From the human T2T-CHM13v2.0 reference genome, Homo sapiens, in NCBI RefSeq assembly GCF_009914755.1, contig NC_060928.1: DNA of 64,000 nt; one strand, given 5' to 3'. The first letter of the stretch is position 1; every line of letters starts with the position of its first letter. The position numbers were made by a program, and so were the translations under genes. This document shows, piece by piece, positions 54,444 to 64,000 of this stretch. The notes under the pieces were generated by a model. That model saw only the letters and a list, made by a program, of their open reading frames with translations. It made no database searches and was not told the origin of the DNA.

Positions 54444-54850
54444 AAGAAAATGTGGCACATATACGCCATGGAATACTATGCAGCCATAAAAAAGGATGAG
54501 TTCATGTCCTTTGCAGAGACATGGATGAAGCTGGACACCATCATTCTCAGCAAACTAACACAGGAACAGGAAACCAAACACCGCATGTTCTCACTTGTTA
54601 AGTGGGAGTTGAACAATGAGAGCACATGGACACAGGGAGGGGAACATCACATGCTGGGGCCTGCTGGGGGTTGGGGGTGCTAAGGGAGGGATAGCATTAA
54701 GAGAAATACCTAATGTAGGTGATGGGTTGGTGAGTGCAGCAAACCACCACGGCACATGTATACCTATGTAAGAAACCTGCACGTCCTGCACATGTATCCC
54801 AGAACTTAAAGTGTAATAATAATAAAAAAGGAAATATAAAAAAGAAAAAG
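54444..54850 (+). mobile_element. L1PA7-like 3' end fragment with its own A-rich tail (within the transduced segment)
   Basis: Second, more diverged L1 3' end (gcaaaccaccacggcac, tatcccagaacttaaag) directly after the first tail. Confidence 0.88.
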
Positions 54851-54898
54851 AATTGTCATCAATCTTGAAAAATAAAACAAACAAAAAAAAATTGTCCC

Positions 54899-55101
54899 AT
54901 AAAAATCCTAAGAAAAAGCAAAACAAAAAACTAGGTCCAGATTACTTCCTTGGCGAATAGTATTCAATTTTAAACAGTGAATAATATCTATCTCACATAA
55001 ACTTTTACAGAAAATAGAGGAGAAGAAAATACCATCATTCCATAAGGGAAGCTTTAGCCTAATACCTAAAGTGGACAAACCAATTATATAAAAAGTAAAC
55101 T
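54899..55101 (+). mobile_element. Ancient L1M ORF2 continuation
   Basis: aggtccagattacttccttggcgaat...aaacttttacagaaaatagagg continues the host L1 left of 48405. Confidence 0.7.
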
Positions 55102-55154
55102 ACAGTCAACACTGAACAATGTGAGTTTGAACTGCATGAGTCCGCTTTCATGCA
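55102..55154 (+). mobile_element. Tigger2-family left terminus
   Basis: TA|CAGTCAACACTGAACAATGTGAGTTTGAACTGC. Confidence 0.7.
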
Positions 55155-55318
55155 ATAGTTGGTTATAAACCTATATCATTTTTAAAGTTCTTAAAGTTTA
55201 CCTTAGTAATTAGAACTAGTAAGCTGGTAGCCTTTCTTTTCCTTTCTATATTATTATTTTTTTGTATAGGAGGGGCTGAGGGCTGGTGACCAGTCTCTGT
55301 CATTCCCATAATGTCACC

Positions 55319-55528
55319 TTTTTTTTTTTGAGACCAAGTGTCTATCCCCTGGGCTGAAGTGTAGTGGTACAATCAGCTATTTATTTATTTATTCTTTTTT
55401 TTTTTTTTTTTGAAGACGGAGGCTCACTATATTGCCTAGGCTGGTCTTGAACTCCTGGCCTCAAGTAATTGCCCTGCATCAGACTACCAAAGTGTTGGGA
55501 TTACAGGCATGAGTTACCACACCAGGCA
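55319..55528 (-). mobile_element. AluJ with a large right-arm deletion
   Basis: Tail and ~50 bp of right arm, T-rich linker, complete left arm. Confidence 0.85.
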
Positions 55529-55539
55529 GTAAAGTGGTA

Positions 55540-56335
55540 TTCTGGATTTACTGATAAAAATGTGATGCCATTCTAACATTTTAGCACCAACCTTACCTTA
55601 TCTGACTAGTGTGCTATTGTTACTGGCTATTTAAGATCTATATATATTTTACATCTCTAAAATATCATTGTTTTATATGTCAGGATTTATTCAGATTTAC
55701 TCATTCACTTAATCTTCTCATTTGTTTTAATTCCTTTATCCAGAAATGAACTTCCTTCTGAGTTTTAGCCTAATACCTAAAGTGGACAAATGATCTAAAA
55801 TACTAGTGGGAAAGCAAATAATATTCTTTCCAAATGTCTGAATAAATAGAATTCCAAATGTCTGAAGAATATTTTGATATTTTGCAGTTCTGGTGCAGTT
55901 ATCCTAATAAAAACTCTATCACTATTTGTTTAATTCTCTGAAGATATCGTTAAGGTCCACAAAATTACATATTTCAGGTCTTTGGCTTGCATTGTTCTCA
56001 CTGAGAAATAATCTCTTTCTTTTCTTGTTGTCCCTTTGAATGTAATCTAATCTTTTTTCTCTTGGCTTCTTTGAGGTTATTTTCGCCTTTGATGTTCAGA
56101 GTTTTACTATGATGTAACTCAATGTAATTTTATGTATGCTATTTGTGGTTCATGGAGCTTCCTTTTTCTGTGGCTGGCTTTATCATCAGATGAGAAAATT
56201 TTCAGTCAATATATTTTTAAATATTTCTCTACCTCAATCATTCTCTTGTCTATTTCTGAAATTTCAACCAAATATATTTTAAAGGTTTTTATTTTATTGC
56301 TTAAAATGTTTACATTCTCTTTTGTATTTTATATG
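55540..56335 (-). mobile_element. Very old L1M/HAL1 ORF1-region fragment
   Basis: gatgttcagagttttactatgatg and aaaattttcagtcaatatattt are antisense ORF1-like phrases. Confidence 0.55.
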
Positions 56336-56338
56336 CAA

Positions 56339-56752
56339 ATGCAGATTTAAACTGCAAGGATCTGCTTATATGCAGATTTTCTTCCATCTCTAGCACGCCT
56401 GAGACAGCAAGACTAATCATTGCTGTTCTTCCTCCTCAGCCTACTCAATGTGAAAATGATAAAGATCTTTATGGTGACCCACTTTCATTCAGTGAATAGT
56501 GAACATATTTTCTCTTCCTTGTGATTTTTAAAATAACATGTCATTTTGTCTAGCTTACTTTATTGTAAGAATACATTATATAATACATGTAACATATAAA
56601 ATATTTGTTGACAGTTTAAGTTATTGGTAATTCTTCCAGTCAACACTAGACTATTTGTGGTTAAGTTTTGGGGGAGTCAAAAGTTATATACAAATTTTCA
56701 GCTGTGCTGGTAGTTGGTGTTCTTAAGCCCTCCATTGTTCAAGAGCTGATAC
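56339..56752 (+). mobile_element. Tigger2a (MER28-like) body and right end
   Basis: cctgagacagcaagac...cctcagcctactcaatgtgaa...gggagtcaaaagttata...ttgttcaagag. Confidence 0.88.
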
Positions 56753-56759
56753 TAATATA

Positions 56760-57365
56760 TATACTAATATTCCTCTGAATATACACAAATTCACCCCCAA
56801 AACACCGTAATGAGTGGTATATAACATGTGTTCTATACCATATAGAATGCATATAGAACATGCGTTCCAAGAACGCAAGATTGGTTTAACATTTGAAAAT
56901 CAACTGGTATTGTTTGTCATATTAAAAAAGGGAGAAACAAAGTATGAACATTTTGACATTTGACAATATTTAATAAATCATTATGAAAAAATTATCTGTA
57001 AGCTAGAAATAGAAGCAAATTTCCTTAGTCTGTAATTATGCAGCTACGAAAACCTCCATCAATCATTATGCTTAATTGTGAATGATTGAAACCTTTTCTT
57101 TATTTAGATAAAAAAATAAGCAAGCTTGTCTGATGTTATCACTTTTATTCAATATTGCACTAGAAGTCCTACAAGTGCACTATGCATAAAGAATAAATAA
57201 GATAAAGTAACTTATGTCTGTAGAAGGTGATACAATTATACATGTAGATACTGTGGGTATTTAACAAGGAGATGAGGTAAAACCTAAATGAAGTAAGATA
57301 GTTTACAGAAAATCAATTCAATTCCTATAAAATAGCAATAAGAAATTGGAAATTGACATTAAAGT
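56760..57365 (+). mobile_element. Ancient L1M ORF2 (RT region) continuation
   Basis: gcaagattggtttaacatttgaaaatcaa; ttattcaatattgcactagaagtccta. Confidence 0.7.
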
Positions 57366-57366
57366 G

Positions 57367-57900
57367 CAGACAACCTTCACTTTGTACATTTCTGATATGC
57401 AAAAACTTCTTCAGTTACCACAGTTTAGTTAAACAAATCTAGCCTCAACTATCTACTACCATTATATATATATATGCGTGTGTGATGTGTGTGTTTGTTT
57501 ACATATATATATATACACACATACACACTGTCATATGTATGCCTGTGTATATATATACATATATATACAAATATATATGTATATATATTTATCAGCTTAT
57601 ATATATCAGCTTACAGATTTATATGTATATATACTGTCAAATATATATTTATATATACATTATATATAAATGTGTATATAATGTCAGCTTACAAATCACT
57701 ATGTAAATAAAAGATGCACATCATTACCAATGACCAAGAATCTGAAACATTACTTATTTCAAAGTCTGTTGGTGATTGATCATTGTGCATCTGTTACTTA
57801 GTTCATTCACAGACAGCATAATTTATACTTATGATGTAATCTGCCTTCTGTCACCTGGTAATAAATCCACTTGATATTTCACAAAATTGGGTAAGGAAAA
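57367..57900 (+). mobile_element. Tigger8-like DNA transposon with an internal TA-rich tract (~57461-57680)
   Basis: ttcagttaccacagtttagttaaa; ttcaaagtctgttggtgattg...tgcatctgtta. Confidence 0.7.
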
Positions 57901-57993
57901 TATAGTATTTAAACTATTTTTGATACATTTTTCACAAGAAAATAAAGTGCTTTAATGGTCAATGTTTTTAATACTTTAAATTACATTGTACTA

Positions 57994-60083
57994 CCTCTAG
58001 GTCTTTGAGGAAAGCCTCACTGTCTTCCACAATGGTTGAACTAATTTACACTCACTCCAACGGTGTAAAAACATTTATTTTTCTTCACAACCTCACCAGC
58101 ATTTGTTGTTTATTGACTTTTTAATAGTAGCCATTCTGACTGGTGTGAGATGGTATCTCATTGTGGGTTTGATTTGCATTTCTCTAATGATTAGGCAAGA
58201 GCAAAGAGTTTATGATGAATAAAATGATCTCTTTTTATGTGTGATATTGAGCATTTTTTTCATATGATTGTTGGCTGTATGTATGTCTTCTTTTGGGAAG
58301 TATCTGATCATGTCTTTGCCCACTTTTTAATAGCATTGTTTATTTTTTCTTGTAAATTTGTTTAAGTTTCTTATATATGCTAGGTATCAGACGTTTGGCA
58401 GATGGATAGATTACAAAGATTTTCTTCCATTCTGTAAGTTGTTTACTTTGTTGATAGTTTCTTTTGCCATACACAAGCTGTTTAGTTTAATTAGACCTCA
58501 TTTGTCAATATTTGCTTTTGATGCAATTGCTTTTGGCATCTTTGTCATAAAACCTTCACCCTCGCCTATGCCTTGAATGGTATTGCTTAGGTTTTCTTCT
58601 AGGGTTTTTACTGTTTTGGGTCTTTAATCCCTTTTGAGTTGATTTTTGTATATGGTGTATGGAAGGAATCCAGTTTCAATTTTCTTCATATGGCTAGCAA
58701 GTTCTCCCAGAACCATTTATTAAACAGGGACTCCTTTCCCCATTGCTTGTTTTTGTCAGGTTTTTGAAAAATCTGGTGATTGTAGGTGTGCAGTCTTGTT
58801 TCTGGGTTCTCTATTCTGTTCCATTGGTCTATGTGTCTGGTTTTGTACCAGTACCATGATGTTTTTGTTACTGTAGTCTTGTAATGTAGTTTGAAGTTGG
58901 GTAGTGTGATTCCTCCAGCTTTTTTTTGTTTTGTTTTTCCTTAGGATTGCCTTGGCTACTGGGGCTCTTTTTGGTTTCATATAAATTTTAAAATAGATTT
59001 TCTAATTCTGTGAATAATATCAATGGTAGTTTACTGAAAATAACATTAAATCTATACATTGCTTTGGGCATTAAGGCCATTTTCACAATATTGATTCTTC
59101 CTACCCATGAGCATGGAATGTTTTTCCATTTGTTTGTGTCATCTCTGGTTCCTTTGAGCAATGGTTTGCAGTTCTCCTTGAAGAGGTTCTTCACTTACCT
59201 TGTTAGCTGTATTCCTAGGTATTTTATTCTTTTTGTGGCAATTGTGAATGTGAATTCATTCGTGATTTGCCTCTCAGCTTGCCTGTTGTTAGTACATAGG
59301 AATGCTTGTGATTTTTGCAGATTGATTTTGTATCCTGAAACTTTGCTCAAGTTGTTTATCAGCTTAAGAAGCTTCTGGGCTGAGATGATGGGGTTTTCTA
59401 GATATAGAATCATGTCCATTTGCAAACAAAAATAGTTTGACTTCTTCACTTCTTATTTGAGTACACTTTATTTCTTTCTCTTGCCTGATTGCCCTGGCCA
59501 GAACTTTCAATACTATGTTGAATAAGAGTGATGAGAGAGCACATCCTTGTCTTGCACTGACTTTCAAGGGGAATGCTTTCAGTTTTTGGCCATTCAGTAT
59601 GACACTGGCTGTGGGTTTGTCATAGATGGCTCTTATTATTTTGAGGTATTTTCCTTCAAAATACAATTTTTTGAGAGTTTTTAACATGAAAGGATGTTAA
59701 ATTTTATTGAAGGCCTTTCCTGCATCCGTTGAAATAATCATGTGGTTTTTATCTTTAGTTCTGTTTATGTGATGAATCACATTTATTGATTTGCATATGT
59801 TGAACCAGTCTTGCATCCCAAGGATGAAGTGTACTGTATTATGGTGGATTAGCTTTTTGATGTGCTGATGAATTCACTTTGCAAGTATTTTGTTGAGGAA
59901 TTTTGCATTGATGTTCATCAAGCATATTGGCCTGAAGTTTTCCCTTTTTTGTTGTATCTCTGCCAGGTTTGGTATCAGGATGCTGCTGGCCTCATAGAAT
60001 AAGTCATGGAGGAGTCCCTCTTTTTCAATTTTTTTTTGGAATACTTTTAGTATGAATGGTACCAGCTCTTCTTCATACCTCTG
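57994..60083 (-). mobile_element. Inverted 5' segment of an L1PA11-13-like insertion (ORF2)
   Basis: Minus ORFs with L1 RT sequence ([30 protein letters not shown]). Confidence 0.92.
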
Positions 60084-60631
60084 GTATCCCATTACTGGGT
60101 GTAAGCCCAAAGGAATATAAATTGTTCTATTACAAAGAAACATGCTCTCATATGCTCATTGCAGCACTATGCACAATGGCAAAGACATGGAATCAACCTA
60201 AATGTCCATCAGAGATAGACCGGATAAAGAAAATATTGTTACATATACAACATGGAATAGTATGCAGCTATAAAAAATGAGATCATATCATTTTTAGGGA
60301 CATGGATGGAGCTGGAGGCCATTATTCTTAGCAAACGAATGCAGGTAGTTATGTGTGGGAAATGAATGATGAGAACACATGGACATATGCGGTGGTCGCG
60401 GGGGCGGTGGAACAGAACACACTGAGGTCTGTTGGAGACAGAGTAGGAGGTAGGAGGAGGGAGAGCATCAGAAAGAATAGCTAATGGATTCTAGGCTTAA
60501 TACCTGATGATTGGAAGATGTGTACAGCAAACCATCATGGCACACAGTTACCTATATAACAAACCTGCACATGTACCCCTGAATTTAAAATAAAAGTTGG
60601 AAATAATAGCAATAATAATAAAGAAAAAAAA
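60083..60631 (+). mobile_element. Sense 3' segment of the same L1PA11-13-like insertion
   Basis: atcccattactggg...3' UTR...A-rich tail; TSD AAATTACATTGTACTA at 57978-57993 and 60695-60710. Confidence 0.92.
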
Positions 60632-60781
60632 TTTCCTATTTTTTGACCACCCCATCCAACATCCTACCTGAGTAGACTCACATACACAGTAAAAAAATTA
60701 CATTGTACTAAATAAATATTGTTTGTTAAACAATTTCTGTAGACTTTCATAACGTACAATAGAATTAGTTACTGATATAGG

Positions 60782-61197
60782 CAGTCATCTCTTGTTATCA
60801 ATAGGAGATTTGTTTCAGGACAATCCAATCCCCCACCATACCTCACCCACCTCCTATAGATACCCAAATCTGGGAACGCTCAAGTCCCTTATATAAAATG
60901 GTATATTTTGCAACTGCTCTCTAGCCTAGGCAATAGAGCAAAACTCTGTCTCAAAAAATTGTATAGCATTTGCATGTAACCTATGAACATTCTTCTGTAG
61001 ATTTTGAATTATCTCCAGATAATTTACAATACCTAATACTATGTAAGTGCTGTGTAAGTAGTAGTTATACATTTTTATTTGTATTATTTTTATTATTTTT
61101 TATTATTTCATTGGTTTTTATTTAATTTTTAAAAATTTTTGATCTGAGGTTTGTTGAATTCTCAAATGCAGTACACATGGGTATAAAGAGCTGACTG
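60782..61197 (+). mobile_element. MER2-family element containing a ~45-bp 5'-truncated Alu end (60912-60958)
   Basis: ctcaagtcccttatataaaatgg core, ends GACTG|TA; insert ctagcctaggcaatagagcaaaactctgtctcaaaaaa between duplicated aaaat.gtata...tttgca. Confidence 0.8.
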
Positions 61198-61438
61198 TAC
61201 ACACACACACACGTGTGTGTATGTAAAATGTAAAATATGCAAAATGTAAAAAAGTAAAAATACTTTTATATCTTGGCAACACTTTTAAAGGGCACAGAAA
61301 AATTTGATTTCATTATTATAGTTATTATCGTTTCAATGATTACTGAGATTATTTTAAAACATTTAAGCTTGCACATTAATTTAAAGTTTGAAATATGCAA
61401 TATATAGTCAAAAGAGTTAACATTCTTGTGAGATGTAT

Positions 61439-61767
61439 TGTTATGAGCTGAATTCTATTCCCCAAAATTTATAGGCTGAAGCCCCTAAATCTCCACTGCA
61501 TTAGAATGTTACCATATTGGGAGGTAGGGCCTTTAAAGAGATATTAGGTGAAAAGGAAGCCATTTCATTAAAGGATGACTTTGTGAATATACAGCAAGAG
61601 GATGATCATTTTCAAGCCACAGCAAGAGATGCCTTAGAGGAAACCAAATGTGGCAGTGCCTTAACCTTACACTTCAAGACCTCCAAAAATGTGGAAAACT
61701 AAGTTCTTCTTCTTTAAGTCCCTCAGTGCTTGGTATTTTCTTATTGCAGCCCTAGCAAACTAATATA
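61439..61767 (+). mobile_element. MLT1B-like solo LTR
   Basis: tgttatgagctgaatt...gcagccctagcaaactaata. Confidence 0.8.
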
Positions 61768-61769
61768 CC

Positions 61770-62975
61770 CATACACTGGAAAACAAAACATTACAGATAG
61801 AAATTGAACTTGAAATCAGTTTGATGTATTCAATCTTCTTGAATACAAAAATTCCATATTAAGATATCAGTTCCCTCCAAATTGACTTATAGGTTCAATG
61901 CAGTCCTAAGCCAAATCTAAGCTAGCTGTTTAAAAATAGAAATTAACAAGTTAACTTTTAAATTTGTATAAAAATGCAAAGGATTTAAATAGCTAAAGCA
62001 ATTTTGAAGAGAGTTACTAAGTTGGATGAGCTTTTATTACCTGAATTCAAAACATAATAATGATTCTTTAACCAAGATAATGATATATTTGCATAAGCAC
62101 AGACATTTAAATCAACAGAATTCAGAAATTGATCCATGAATACAGCCAATTAAATTTAAAGAAATAAAACATCAAGGTAACTGAATAAGAAGTGCTATTC
62201 TTAACAAATTATACAGAAAAATCTGATAAATATTTTGAAAAAAAGAATCTCAACTTTTACATCAAACAATATACCAAAATTAGTACAAAATAAGTCAAAT
62301 ATTGTGGTATAAATGTACAAACTACAAAAGTTCAAAGAAAAAATATATTTGTGACATTGCAATATGCAAACACCAGCCACAAACAAACATGAAGCATAAA
62401 GTTGCCGAGAAAGATAAAATCGAGCTCATAAAAAATTTTTAAAAAGTGTTCTGTATGAAAGATACCATTAAGAAAAATGAAAAACAAACCAGATACTGAG
62501 AGGGAGTATTTATAAAACACACATTTGAAAATGGAATGGCAAAACAGAAAAGATTATTTTATTCACAAAAGCAAAAACGTAGAAGCTACCCAAATATGTA
62601 GATATATTTGAGATATTTATTCAGCAATTTAAAGAACAAACTACTGGTAAACCACCTGTATGGAGTTCCTCAAAAGAACATTATCCTTAGAAAAAAAATG
62701 ATAAAATGCATAAATACTGAATCTCTATTCATATCTACCTATTGCCTATGATTACATTCTTTCTTTCTGTTAACTATCTATCTAATTCTAAGAAAGACAT
62801 ATCTCATCTACTTTGATTAAATGTTAGTCACTATAATATTATGACAATATTTTAGTGATTATTAAGGTAGTGTTAACACATGTATATAAATTTACAAATT
62901 CCATCAAACTGTACAATTTAGGAATGTATTTTGTCTTGTATATATTAGGTCTTAAAGTATTTAATTAAAAAATGA
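61770..62975 (+). mobile_element. Ancient L1M ORF2 3' part and 3' UTR
   Basis: cctccaaattgacttataggttcaatgcagtcc; aatagctaaagcaattttgaag; catcaaactgtacaattta. Confidence 0.7.
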
Positions 62976-63807
62976 GAATGTCAGTCAAAAGAGCTAATGT
63001 ACTGCAGTATAAACTCTGACCCTAAAGAAGAAATAATCTCTAAGAATAATTTGCAATACAAAATTACTAATATTATAAAATATTAAGTATACTTAATAAG
63101 ATGCACAACATACCTTTATGTAAAAGAATTGCCTATGTTTTGCATCCATTTACCTGATCTCCATATATTCTACATCTTACAATTCTGATTTTCAGAATTC
63201 CACTGAAGTGACTCATGTCACCATTATCAATTATCTAAATTTACTAAACACAGTACATATTAGTTCCTCATGCTGCTGAATCTCTCATTAAACCTCAAAG
63301 ATTCATTTGAGTTTTCTCCCTTTCTATGTTTTAACAACACTAGTGTTATATAAGGACAAAATTTTCCTACCGAATACTAAAATACATTCCAGCAATATAA
63401 AGTCACCGTAGTTTCAGATAACTTTTAAACACTTTAAGCAACTAAGCAAAATTATTAGCAGACAATTTTAAGTGTTTAAGTTTTTGCAGTTATTGAAAGA
63501 AAGTCCTATTAAATTATGCATAAAAATAGATTAAGCAAAGTGTGAAAACTCTGCTATTATCACTACAACACTTGTTCCCATATCTAGAACTTCTATGAAT
63601 AGTTGTTGAAGTAAAAACAATACATATTCAGTAACATAGCAGCAGCAGGCCATCCACTCACTCTTCAAAATAGTGATTTTTTTTAATGAACTATATCATG
63701 AATATAATAAACAGTTTGTTTTTTCTATGCCTGAGAACTCTCAACCTCTGGTCACACCACTTTTAAATTGTGACATCAAATAAATATACAGAGATGGAAA
63801 AATACTA

Positions 63808-63885
63808 TTTCCTTTTTTCCTTCCTTCTTTCTTTTCTTCTTTCCTTCCATCTCTCTGCCTCTCTGTCTCTCTCTCTTCTCTCTCT
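63808..63885. repeat. Pyrimidine-rich (TTCC/CT) low-complexity tract
   Basis: Direct reading. Confidence 0.85.
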
Positions 63886-64000
63886 ATTTGTGGCAAGGGC
63901 CCAGTCAGGATACAATTCACCTTTTTCAAAGATTGGAACGCTGTCTTTAAAATGTATATGGTTTGCATGAAAGAAAGAAATGTATACGGTTTGCATAAAA

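Noticed and set aside
54844-54857. GAAAAAGAATTGTC as the 3' TSD of the young L1
   Set aside because: Lacks the final CC; the copy at 54885-54898 matches 13 of 14 bases and is where the host L1M resumes
57478-57710. Three overlapping Y/I-rich ORFs
   Set aside because: Translations of a (TA)n-rich microsatellite

Overview
Primate (very probably great-ape/human) AT-rich, repeat-dense genomic DNA with no recognisable intact cellular protein-coding gene, RNA gene or CRISPR array. Main contents: (1) an internally deleted HERV-S/HERV18 provirus (535-4949) with two LTR18-type LTRs, a 5-bp TSD, a tRNA-Ser PBS and gag/pro/RT/RNase H/env remnants; (2) a disabled TRMT112 processed pseudogene (21563-22152); (3) many solo or nested LTRs, Alus, MIRs, Tigger-family DNA transposons and old L1 fragments; (4) a full-length but dead L1PA2-like element (48406-54443) whose TSD encloses about 440 bp of extra 3' sequence, read as a 3' transduction; (5) an older L1PA with a twin-priming 5' inversion plus a short 3' transduction (57994-60694). 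The least explained structure is a ~63-bp patch at 55761-55823 made of near-exact copies of two other segments of this window, read as a templated-insertion repair scar. I found no convincing previously undescribed biological system; the best leads are locus-specific retrotransposition and repair events and a speculative L1 ORF0-to-exon fusion. Repeat subfamily names come from remembered consensus sequences, not from a database search, and the boundaries of old repeats are approximate.
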